A stretch of DNA of 38,612 nucleotides. It comes from Chloroflexota bacterium (GTDB lineage: Bacteria; Chloroflexota; Dehalococcoidia; Lucifugimonadales; JACQTT01). The notes below the pieces were generated by a model that saw only the letters and a list, made by a program, of their open reading frames with translations, did no database searches and was not told the DNA's origin. Shown here piece after piece: positions 1-8,091 of the stretch. The stretch spans positions 1 through 38,612 of the forward strand of contig JACQTT010000083.1 in the NCBI GenBank assembly GCA_016210665.1, given 5' to 3'. Position 1 is the stretch's first letter; every line of letters starts with the position of its first letter. Position numbers and translations under genes: made by a program.

Positions 1-519
1 AGACATAAAGGGATCATAGCCCAGCAGGCGCACCTGAAATCCCTGAGCCCTGCGAGCCACCTCCGATCCCACCCGGCCCAATCCCACGATGCCAAGGGTT
101 TTCCCTCGAACCTCTACCCCCGTAAAGGCGCTGCGGCGCCATTGCCCCTGTTTAAGGGAGACGTTTGCCTGGGGGATATTGCGATTCAGGGAGAGCAGAA
201 GGGCAATAGTGTGCTCAGCGGCGGCGATGATGTTGCCTGTCGGAGAGAAAACTACGGCGATACCCTTGCTAGTGGCTGCTTCCACATCTATGTTATCCAC
301 ACCCACCCCGGCTCGCCCCACTACCTGCAAGCTACGACCCGCCTCCAGGACCTCTCGATTAACCTTAGTCTCGCTTCGCACTATCAGGGCATCGTAGTCG
401 CCAATGATAGAGAGAAGCTCAGGTTGCTTAATGCCAAACTTGGTATCTACCTCTGCTTCGGCCCGGAGCAGCTCTACACCTGCATTATCTATGGGATCAG
501 AAACCAGAACGCGAGGCAT
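1..519 (-). CDS. serA: D-3-phosphoglycerate dehydrogenase, N-terminal part (runs off window edge)
   Basis: Not in the ORF track; translated by hand from ATG at 519: MPRVLVSDPID...LIVRSETKV...VVGRAGVGVDNIDVEAAT...AAEHTIALL...GKTLGIVGLGRVGSEVARR. GAGGG SD upstream; 9 nt after the aminotransferase stop. Confidence 0.93.
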   Translation of the reverse strand, partial: MPRVLVSDPIDNAGVELLRAEAEVDTKFGIKQPELLSIIGDYDALIVRSETKVNREVLEAGRSLQVVGRAGVGVDNIDVEAATSKGIAVVFSPTGNIIAAAEHTIALLLSLNRNIPQANVSLKQGQWRRSAFTGVEVRGKTLGIVGLGRVGSEVARRAQGFQVRLLGYDPFMS

Positions 520-528
520 TAGTCCCTC

Positions 529-1632
529 TCACCTGCCGACTGCCGAGGGCTGAAAGCCTACCTTGGGCAGAGTTGCCTTAAGGCCGTCTAGCACCTGCTG
601 GATGTCATCGTATTCACAGTAACCCATGTGGCCTATGCGGAAGATCTTACCTTCCAGGCTCTGCTGGCCTCCCGCCATAACAACCCCACGCTGCTCATCC
701 ATTAGCTTTAGTAGCTGCTTGGCGTCCACTCCCTGGGGTATTTTTACGGCGGTTACCGTGTTAGATGCGACCTCCTCCCTTGGGAATATGGAAAGACCTA
801 AGCTTTTTGCTCCATCCCTGACCATCTGGCCCATTCGGGCTTGGCGCTTGAAAATGTTGGGCATCCCCTCGGCTAGAATCCTATCTAGTGCCACATCTAA
901 CCCATAATAGACCGAGACAGCGGGAGTCCAGGGGGTCTGGCCACGTTCATAGTAGTTTTTGGCCCTTTTCATATCAAAATAGTAGCGGGGTATTTTGGAT
1001 TGAGAGTAGGCCTTCCAGGCCTGTTCGCTGAAGCTGACGAAGGCCAGGCCGGGAGGAGTCATCCAGCCCTTTTGAGATCCGGTGACTACCACATCGCAGC
1101 GCCATTCGTCCACCGGCAGGGGGATAGAGCCTATGCTGCTGACGGCATCCACCAGGAGCAACTTGTCGAACTCCCCTTTAACCACTCCGGAGATGGCCTC
1201 CAGGTCATTGGTTACCCCCGTGGAGGTCTCGTTATGGGTAACCAGGACCGCCTTGATTTCGGGGTTATTTCTTAGAGCCTGCCGGATCTGGTCAGGGTCC
1301 GCCGCGGTACCCCAAGGAAAATCTAGCTTTATTACCTGGGCACCGTAAATCTGAGCACATTCTGCGAAACGATCGCCAAAATACCCAATGCTAACCACGA
1401 GAACCTTGTCCCCCGGAGAGAGGGTATTAACCACGGCCGCTTCCAGGCCACCGGTGCCAGAAGTGGTCAAGATTAGCAGGTCATTTTTGGTTTCAAATAT
1501 CTTCTTCAGTCGCTCGGTAATCTTAACGCTAAGCTCCTTAAACTCGGGACCCCTGTGGTTGATCATAGAATGCCCCATGGCCTCCAGAACGTCATCAGGA
1601 CAAGGAGTGGGGCCGGGAATACGCAGGTTCAC
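529..1632 (-). CDS. Class V PLP aminotransferase (alanine-glyoxylate/serine-pyruvate family), probably acting as phosphoserine aminotransferase
   Basis: PGPTP, HNETSTGV, DAVSS, GSQKG (PLP lysine), FRIGHMG. AGGAGG lies 7 nt before GTG at 1632, so this start is preferred over TTG 1638. Operonic with serA. Confidence 0.9.
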   Translation of the reverse strand: MNLRIPGPTPCPDDVLEAMGHSMINHRGPEFKELSVKITERLKKIFETKNDLLILTTSGTGGLEAAVVNTLSPGDKVLVVSIGYFGDRFAECAQIYGAQVIKLDFPWGTAADPDQIRQALRNNPEIKAVLVTHNETSTGVTNDLEAISGVVKGEFDKLLLVDAVSSIGSIPLPVDEWRCDVVVTGSQKGWMTPPGLAFVSFSEQAWKAYSQSKIPRYYFDMKRAKNYYERGQTPWTPAVSVYYGLDVALDRILAEGMPNIFKRQARMGQMVRDGAKSLGLSIFPREEVASNTVTAVKIPQGVDAKQLLKLMDEQRGVVMAGGQQSLEGKIFRIGHMGYCEYDDIQQVLDGLKATLPKVGFQPSAVGR

Positions 1633-1761
1633 CTTCAAACCTCCTAAGAATTCTCAACGTGCTTCTTTTGTGAATTTTACCACATCTACTTCAACAAGGT
1701 GTAAGGCCGCCAAACTGGCTTTTTATCTAAAGCTTACCCTTGTCCCAAGGAGTTAGATGTA

Positions 1762-2982
1762 TCAAAGGATGCGTGCTAAGTACTCCTCCTGAGAAACGAT
1801 TCTAAGGGAACGGCGTTTGCCTACTCTAAATTCACCAGGTTCTAGGACGATATAGTCGCCTGCTATTTTCTTTCCGTCCTTTTCTACTGCTCCCTCACCC
1901 ATAAGTCTTTTGGCATCGCTAATGCTCTTGGCCAGCTTAGTATCAACGAGGATTTGGCTGAGCCGTTTTTTCTCTGAATTTGCAAGAGATGGCAAAGGAT
2001 ATGTCATCACCTCATCTGGCTCTTCTTTTCTCTGTACTACACGTTCAAATTGGGATTCGGCTCGTGCTGACGCTTCAAAGTTGTGGAACTGGGTCACCAG
2101 CTCTCGGGCCAGACGCTTCTTAAGCTCCATGGGATTTACAGATCCATTGTCCATATCCTGCCGCATACTTGCCAACTCCTGGTTAGGCACGTCTGTGAGC
2201 AGCTCGAAGTAGTCCATGATCAGGCTGTCTGGAAGGGACATAGTCTTGCCGTAGATCTCGTAAGGCGGCTCGTCTATTCCTATGTAGTTGCCTAGGCTCT
2301 TGCTCATCTTCTGCACTCCGTCGGTCCCTGGGAGAAGGGGCATAAGGAAGCACTGCTGAGGGCGCTGGCCCATCATACCCTGGAGCTCCCTTCCCACCAG
2401 CAGGTTGAATTTCTGGTCTGTGCCCCCGAACTCTACATCCGACTGTATGGCAACCGAGTCGTATGCCTGTAGAAGGGGATACAATAACTCGGTGATGGCA
2501 ATGGGTCTCTGGGCCTTGAAGCGGGTGGCGAAGTCCTCCCGGGCCAAAAACTGGGCTACGGTAAATCTACTGGTAAGTCGAAAGACATCGGCCAGATTGA
2601 AGTTGCCGAACCACTCGCTCTGGCGGCGCAACTCGGTCTTCTCTGGGTCCACGACCTTGAAGAACTGCCGGAGGTAGGTCTGGGCATTGCGCTCCACCTC
2701 CTCATGGGAGAGCATCTTGCGGGTGGCGGACTGGCCGCTGGGGTCGCCGATCTGGGCGGTCCAGTCTCCCACTATGAGGATAACCTGGTGACCCAACTCC
2801 TGAAGCTGGCGTAGCTTCCTTAGCCCTACTACGTGTCCCAGGTGGATATCCGGACTGCTGGGGTCGAACCCCATCTTGAGGCGTAGAGGCTTCCCTTCTT
2901 GTAGAAGGTGAGTGAACTCCTCTTCTACAATGATTTCGGAGACGCCTCGTCGAACTATCTTGCTGAGCGACTTCTCGTCCAT
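1762..2982 (-). CDS. tyrS: Tyrosyl-tRNA synthetase
   Basis: GFDPSSPDIHLGH, YPLLQAYD, GGTDQKFN, KMSKS, C-terminal S4-like domain. ATG at 2982, just after the ribF stop, preferred over TTG 3012. Confidence 0.97.
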   Translation of the reverse strand: MDEKSLSKIVRRGVSEIIVEEEFTHLLQEGKPLRLKMGFDPSSPDIHLGHVVGLRKLRQLQELGHQVILIVGDWTAQIGDPSGQSATRKMLSHEEVERNAQTYLRQFFKVVDPEKTELRRQSEWFGNFNLADVFRLTSRFTVAQFLAREDFATRFKAQRPIAITELLYPLLQAYDSVAIQSDVEFGGTDQKFNLLVGRELQGMMGQRPQQCFLMPLLPGTDGVQKMSKSLGNYIGIDEPPYEIYGKTMSLPDSLIMDYFELLTDVPNQELASMRQDMDNGSVNPMELKKRLARELVTQFHNFEASARAESQFERVVQRKEEPDEVMTYPLPSLANSEKKRLSQILVDTKLAKSISDAKRLMGEGAVEKDGKKIAGDYIVLEPGEFRVGKRRSLRIVSQEEYLARIL

Positions 2983-2986
2983 GGCT

Positions 2987-3931
2987 CTACTGTTTGGATA
3001 CCCTTCGGTCAACTTCTCTCAGGATTCTCCTGGTCTGGCTCACGTCTATGGCTATCTGCTCTCTCAGGGCTTCTATTGAATTGAAAGCTAATTCACCCCT
3101 AAGGCGTCTAGCAAACTCAAGGCGGATATCCTGGTCGTATAAATCGCCTTGAAAGTCCAGGATATAGGCTTCGACAGTTCGTTCCCCAGGGCCGAAGGTA
3201 GGCCTGACACCGATGCTTGTAGCCGACTCGCGTCTCGTGCCGTTGATATAGGCCCAGGTGGCATATATTCCGTCTCCAGGGATGGCCCTTTCCGATGGCA
3301 CCTCCAGATTAGCTGTGGGAAATCCGAGTTGCCTTCCTCGACCCTCTCCAGAGCGAACCCTGCCTGTAAGCGCAAAATTACGCCCCAAGAGCTTAGAGAC
3401 GGTGACAACGTCACCCTCAACCAGGGTGCCTTTTATGATTGTGCTACTTACTGACAGATTACCCAAAGCTAGATGGGGTACAACGTGAACCGTAAATCCC
3501 ATCTCATTTCCCAGGGTAGTAAGCACCTGAACGTCTCCCTCTCTCTGATGGCCCATGGCGAAGTCGGGGCCCATGACCAGACCCTTCATCCCCAGATATT
3601 TTTGAAGCAGAGACACGAACTCTCTGGCCTTCAAGAAGGACAGGGGCAAATCAAATCTGATGGGAACCACCAGGTCCACGCCGGTTTCTTTTAGAAGCTG
3701 TAGTCGCTCCTCCACACTGCAAATGTAAACGATCTTCGTATCAGGCCGGAGGACTGTAAGAGGGTGGTTGTAAAAGGTAACCACGCCAGCGAGAAGATTA
3801 TGCTTTCGAGCCTCGCTCTTGACCTGTTCCAAGAGGTGGCGATGCCCCAAATGCACACCGTCGAAGACGCCCACAGTGAGGACAGTATCCCGATGGGGAT
3901 TAGACTGGGAAAGATCTCCGTGAACGCTCAT
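2987..3931 (-). CDS. ribF: Bifunctional riboflavin kinase / FAD synthetase
   Basis: GVFDGVHLGH, VSSTII, GRQLGFPTAN, GVRPTF, VEAYILDF. Confidence 0.97.
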   Translation of the reverse strand: MSVHGDLSQSNPHRDTVLTVGVFDGVHLGHRHLLEQVKSEARKHNLLAGVVTFYNHPLTVLRPDTKIVYICSVEERLQLLKETGVDLVVPIRFDLPLSFLKAREFVSLLQKYLGMKGLVMGPDFAMGHQREGDVQVLTTLGNEMGFTVHVVPHLALGNLSVSSTIIKGTLVEGDVVTVSKLLGRNFALTGRVRSGEGRGRQLGFPTANLEVPSERAIPGDGIYATWAYINGTRRESATSIGVRPTFGPGERTVEAYILDFQGDLYDQDIRLEFARRLRGELAFNSIEALREQIAIDVSQTRRILREVDRRVSKQ

Positions 3932-3989
3932 CTCGGTGAAACTAAAGCGGACTTATTCTCTAATGAATACGTAAGCTATTGTAGTCAGG

Positions 3990-4018
3990 ATACTATCACT
4001 CCCTTTATATAGCGTCAA
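3990..4018 (-). promoter_or_regulatory. Putative sigma70 promoter for ribF-tyrS
   Basis: Minus strand TTGACG-N17-TAGTAT with extended TG, about 60 nt upstream of ribF. Confidence 0.55.
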
Positions 4019-4188
4019 GGGAAGTGGGCAAGACAGCAGACCTGTGTGACTGGTAGCTGCCTGCAACTCCTGACGGCCGTGGCAGGACTTCGCATCTTGA
4101 TGCTGGGGGTAATTTCAAGGTTTAGGTAGATAGGCTGCAGGCGATTCTATTACTAGATGTGGAACAATTAGGAGTAGGAGCTTTGGAC

Positions 4189-4216
4189 TTGACTTGCGTG
4201 GATACCCATATATTAT
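4189..4216 (+). promoter_or_regulatory. Putative sigma70 promoter for the class I aminotransferase
   Basis: TTGACT-N16-TATTAT followed by an AT-rich tract. Confidence 0.5.
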
Positions 4217-4262
4217 GTTATATAAATAATTAATTGGCGCTTTTAACGCGGGAGCATATTGA

Positions 4263-5537
4263 ATGGTGGATTTACCCAAAGTAAAAGATGTTGAAAAAAC
4301 AAAGACCTGGCAGGAGATAGACCTACGGATCCTTCTGACCAAGGGAGCTCGTTCTTTGGGAGCAGGTAGCCCAACAGACGCCGGCCTGTCCAGGATATCT
4401 ACTACCTCCGTAGCCAATCCCATTGTCCTGGCTGGAGGAGTTCCCGACCCGGCCACTTTGCCTGTTGATGACCTGCTTAAAGCGATTGGCCACGTTCTGA
4501 CTACCCATCCAGATGAGTCCCTGCGGTATGGAGGAGTTCACGGTTTTGACGGACTCCGCACCGCCCTGGCTGAGCGTCAGAGCAGGATAGAGGGGATTCC
4601 CCTGGTCCCCGAAAACTTCCTCATAGACAACGGCAGCGCTGGCGGCATAGATACTATATGTGACGCCTTTGTTGAATCTGGAGACGTTGTGATAGTCGAG
4701 TCCCCCACATTTTCCGGGTCTTTGCGGACAATCAAGGGCCATATGGCCGAGATTGCGCCAGTACCTCTGGATGACCAGGGTATAATGGTTGACAGAGTCG
4801 CCGAAGTCATAAGACGGACTGAAAAATCAGGCAAACGTGTAAAGCTCGTGTACACGATTAGCGACTTTCATAATCCTACTGGGGTGACTATGTCTCCAGA
4901 GCGGCGTTCAAACCTAGTAAGCCTGTGTGCTGAGCACCATGCTCTTATTGTCGAAGACGCTGCCTATTCTGACATCTACTTCGGTAGCCAACCGCCTGTC
5001 TCCCTATACACCCTGGCAGAAGGACAGGGGATCTTTAAGGTGGGTACATTTAGCAAACCCATCGCCACTGGGCTACGAATAGGTTGGGTTCAAGGGAGGC
5101 CAGACTACATTGAGGCGCTGGCTCAGGTACGCTTCGACATGGGCAACAGCCCATTGCTTCAGATGGCGCTGGCCAAATACGTTGCCTCTGGGATGCTGAA
5201 TACCCACTTAGAAAAGGTTCGTCCCCTCTATGCAGAAAAGTGCGAGACGCTGTGTAAGTCTTTGCGTGATCACTGTGCACAATACATCAGATTCAGAAAG
5301 CCCGAAGGCGGCTTTTTCCTCTGGGTTGAGTGTGTTGGACCTCAAGCCCAGGATGTTGCTCGCGAGGCTATAGAAGAGGGGATATTCTTTCCTTTAGGCG
5401 CAGCCTTTTTCTTCGGCCGCGAAGCGGACGATACTTCTCACATCCGACTCTCCTTCAGCACGGCGACATTAAAGGAGCTGTCTGAAGTAGGCCCAAGACT
5501 GAGAGCCGCTTTCGACCGGGCTATCGGTGAGCGATGA
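4263..5537 (+). CDS. Class I/II PLP-dependent aminotransferase (ARO8/LysN/MocR-AAT-like, no HTH)
   Basis: LAGGVPDP, ESPTF, DFHNPTG, EDAAY, GTFSK (PLP lysine), GLRIGW, PEGGFFLW, IRLSFS. Confidence 0.9.
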   Translation: MVDLPKVKDVEKTKTWQEIDLRILLTKGARSLGAGSPTDAGLSRISTTSVANPIVLAGGVPDPATLPVDDLLKAIGHVLTTHPDESLRYGGVHGFDGLRTALAERQSRIEGIPLVPENFLIDNGSAGGIDTICDAFVESGDVVIVESPTFSGSLRTIKGHMAEIAPVPLDDQGIMVDRVAEVIRRTEKSGKRVKLVYTISDFHNPTGVTMSPERRSNLVSLCAEHHALIVEDAAYSDIYFGSQPPVSLYTLAEGQGIFKVGTFSKPIATGLRIGWVQGRPDYIEALAQVRFDMGNSPLLQMALAKYVASGMLNTHLEKVRPLYAEKCETLCKSLRDHCAQYIRFRKPEGGFFLWVECVGPQAQDVAREAIEEGIFFPLGAAFFFGREADDTSHIRLSFSTATLKELSEVGPRLRAAFDRAIGER

Positions 5538-5545
5538 CACCTACC

Positions 5546-5696
5546 ATATGGCCACATGGGGTTAGCTCAGGTCAGCCTCTCCCGACTTGTCGGGAGAGGG
5601 ATGGCCATATTGCCCTGGCAGGTCCTCTCCGCCTGCCGAGGTTCGACGGGCAGGTCTTCCCCCTCTCCTTGCAGGAGAGGGGGCCAGGGGGTGAGG
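5546..5696. repeat. Cluster of REP-like GC-rich palindromes
   Basis: atatggcca/tggccatat (5546-5554, 5602-5610) encloses the perfect 11-bp IR cctctcccgac-tt-gtcgggagagg (5576-5599). A second 11-bp IR ccccctctcct-tgc-aggagaggggg (5659-5683) is followed by ccagggggtgagg. Confidence 0.75.
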
Positions 5697-5819
5697 TATA
5701 TGCTCCCAGAGGGGAAGTGCTCTCTGCAATGAGGCATCTATTTTTGTAAAGAACCAAGGAGACACAACACAAAGTTCAGTCGCCAAATCAATCTACACTT
5801 ATATTAGGAGGAGGAAACC

Positions 5820-6125
5820 ATGTACGGCAGCATATTTCGGATGAAGGTAAAGCCAGGCCAGGAGCAGAAGGTAATTGACCTGTTTAACGAATGGGATAAG
5901 GTGGAAAGGCCCAAGGTCAAAGGGGCGATTGCCGGATATGTTATGAAACCCGATAGTAAGTCTGGCGAGCTTATAGGCGTAGCCGTATTCCAGGATAAGG
6001 CCAGCTACCGGGCCAACGCCGAAAGGCCAGAGCAGGACCGTTGGTTTCGAAAGATGCGGGAGCACCTCCAGGCCGACCCCCAATGGGAAGACGGAGAATA
6101 CCTGAGAAGCCAACTCCCTCGTTAA
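5820..6125 (+). CDS. Small dimeric alpha-beta barrel (ABM-like) protein
   Basis: Strong SD AGGAGGAGG; MKVKPGQE start and VAVFQDKASY pattern typical of ABM-like proteins; 101 aa. Confidence 0.75.
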   Translation: MYGSIFRMKVKPGQEQKVIDLFNEWDKVERPKVKGAIAGYVMKPDSKSGELIGVAVFQDKASYRANAERPEQDRWFRKMREHLQADPQWEDGEYLRSQLPR

Positions 6126-6133
6126 GCCAGCGC

Positions 6134-6198
6134 GTGCGGCCCGGCCATTCTGGTGGCCCCTGATAGATGTCCATGGTCGGCTGGTGGGCATCAATGCC
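6134..6198 (+). pseudogene. Relic of a trypsin-like (S1C/HtrA) serine protease active-site segment
   Basis: gtg cgg ccc ggc cat tct ggt ggc ccc = VRPGHSGGP, then a 1-nt frameshift in a C run, continuing LIDVHGRLVGINA; matches the PG(N/H)SGGPL.D..G.LVGIN motif. Confidence 0.7.
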
Positions 6199-6208
6199 AG
6201 CAAGGCTG

Positions 6209-6217
6209 TGCTATGAT
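6209..6217 (+). promoter_or_regulatory. Putative extended -10 promoter upstream of the DUF262 gene
   Basis: TG-C-TATGAT about 95 nt before the ATG at 6314; no convincing -35. Confidence 0.4.
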
Positions 6218-6286
6218 TGTCGCGCAATGGGCGATATTGAGGCGGTTTGTGAAGCGTCATACTGCAAAAGTGCAGCCTAATCAATA

Positions 6287-8062
6287 GTTAGGCAGGTACA
6301 GGAACGATAGCGAATGGAGTACATCCCAATTCGAGTTAGCGACATAATCCGGCAAGTCAATCATGACATCTATCTCCCGGCTATACAGCGAGAGTTGGTA
6401 TGGAGCACGGATCGTATTGAACGGCTGTTTGATTCAATCATGGCTGATTTTCCCATTGGCTCGTTTCTCTTTTGGCTATTGGAGGAAAAGAACAAGGACG
6501 AGTGGCCAGTCTACGAGTTCATTCGAGATTTCGACGGAGAGTCCCCGCACAATCCGCCTGCGAACATGGCCGGAATCACGAAGGACATCAAGCTCGTCTT
6601 GGATGGCCAACAGCGCATTGCTTCGCTTCTCATCGGACTTCGGGGAAAATACCGTTACTTTCACTATCGTTGGAGAGAGACCCGTCTCTACCTGAACCTG
6701 TTAAAGCCGGCCGTGCCCAATGAGGATAATCCCGAAGAGCTGACCTACGGCTTCGCATTTCGAGAAAGTGCCGATCCGGACCCCAAAACGCCGCAGCTTT
6801 GGTACTTGGTGGGGCGGATTCTGAACTTCAATGACGCCGAGGATGCTAAGTCGGACATGAAGGCGCAACTGGCGAAGTTGCCAGAAGACCAGCAGGAGAA
6901 TGCCAACAAGTTGATCGGTCGTTTGCACAACCGCATTCATACGACTCTCGTCGGGAACTACTATCAGGAGAATTCGCAGGATTACGACAAGGTATTGCAG
7001 ATCTTTGTGCGGGCGAATGCGGCAGGGAAGCCCCTCGAATCCTCTGACCTTTTGCTCGCAACCGCAACTGCCAAGTGGGACAAGCTTGATGCACGCAGTG
7101 AAATCCACGCCTTCACCGATTCACTCAACGAGATCGGCAATAGATACGGTTTTGGTAAGGACTTCGTACTGAAAGCATGTCTGTTCCTTAGTGAGAACCT
7201 GCCCATCCAATACAAAGTCAAGAATTTCACGAAGAAAAACCTTCTCATAATCGAGGGGAATTGGGAGAACATCAAGAAGTCTCTGTCAGCAACAGTGCGG
7301 CTTATCTCTCGTTTTGGCTTTAATGAAAAGAACGTCGTCGCTCCCTTGGCACTGCTACCGATCGCTTTCTACATCATGAAACGCGGCAACTCGTCATTTG
7401 ATACGTCCTCTAAGACCGAAGATGCCGTTTCTCAGGTTGCTATCCGCAGGTGGTTCGTCTTTGCAACCCTCAAGAACGCATTCGGCGGTTCATCTGACAC
7501 TACGTTGACCGGGTTGCGGGAAGAGTTGAGTGATTGCAGCCCGATAACGCCGTTCCCCGCTGATCGCCTCTATAAATCACTCGAAATCGAGCCACGACTC
7601 GGAGACACTGAAATCGACCGCATCCTGGGATTTGGCTACCAAGGCCGGTACACAAACCTAGTCTTGTCATTGCTATACCCTGACCGTGATTGGAGGAATG
7701 CGGTTTTCCATGAGGACCATATCTTCCCGAAGTCTGAGTTCCAGTTGGGGGCATTGCAGAAGCGAGGTTACGACGAGGCAAAGATTCAAGCCTATATATC
7801 GAAGTACAATATGCTCGCCAACCTTCAGTTGCTCACTGACTCAGAGAACCTCTCGAAGAACGCCAGACCTTTTGACGAGTGGATTAAGACGCGAGACGCT
7901 CCGTACCTTAAAAGGCACTTAATCCCCGATCTCCCCAGCCTCGGGTTCGACTCCTTTGAGGAGTTCTCGAGGGCACGTACGGAATTAATCAAGACATCGT
8001 TGAAGAGGATGTAGGTGTGGCAAAGTATGGCATGTTCCCGTGCCTAACAATCGATTGCAGCG
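6287..8062 (+). mobile_element. Probable stranded integron gene cassette (core site, ORF, truncated attC)
   Basis: GTTAGGCA (GTTRRRY) at 6287-6294 starts 27 nt before the ATG. Its exact reverse complement TGCCTAAC (RYYYAAC) at 8041-8048 follows the stop and continues AATCGATTGCAGCG, like the left arm of an attC. No integrase in the window. Confidence 0.65.
6314..8014 (+). CDS. GmrSD-like DUF262 (ParB-like) + C-terminal HNH/DUF1524-like putative modification-dependent nuclease
   Basis: LPAIQRELVW, FPIGSFLFW, VLDGQQR, IFVRANAAGKPL; C-terminal EDHIFP...NMLANLQLL...N. Confidence 0.88.
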   Translation: MEYIPIRVSDIIRQVNHDIYLPAIQRELVWSTDRIERLFDSIMADFPIGSFLFWLLEEKNKDEWPVYEFIRDFDGESPHNPPANMAGITKDIKLVLDGQQRIASLLIGLRGKYRYFHYRWRETRLYLNLLKPAVPNEDNPEELTYGFAFRESADPDPKTPQLWYLVGRILNFNDAEDAKSDMKAQLAKLPEDQQENANKLIGRLHNRIHTTLVGNYYQENSQDYDKVLQIFVRANAAGKPLESSDLLLATATAKWDKLDARSEIHAFTDSLNEIGNRYGFGKDFVLKACLFLSENLPIQYKVKNFTKKNLLIIEGNWENIKKSLSATVRLISRFGFNEKNVVAPLALLPIAFYIMKRGNSSFDTSSKTEDAVSQVAIRRWFVFATLKNAFGGSSDTTLTGLREELSDCSPITPFPADRLYKSLEIEPRLGDTEIDRILGFGYQGRYTNLVLSLLYPDRDWRNAVFHEDHIFPKSEFQLGALQKRGYDEAKIQAYISKYNMLANLQLLTDSENLSKNARPFDEWIKTRDAPYLKRHLIPDLPSLGFDSFEEFSRARTELIKTSLKRM

Positions 8063-8091
8063 CAGGAAAATTACGGAATGGGCTTGATTCT

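Noticed and set aside
89-522. Plus-strand ORFs 89..397 and 142..522
   Set aside because: Antisense shadows of serA.
4040-4112. GTGACTGG plus a tcctg...cagga near-palindrome resembling a ZTP riboswitch start
   Set aside because: The required 3' GCCTGGGC pseudoknot element is absent, and it lies upstream of the likely promoter.
5534-5786. Three short ORFs over the palindrome cluster
   Set aside because: Translations of repeat DNA with no protein motifs.
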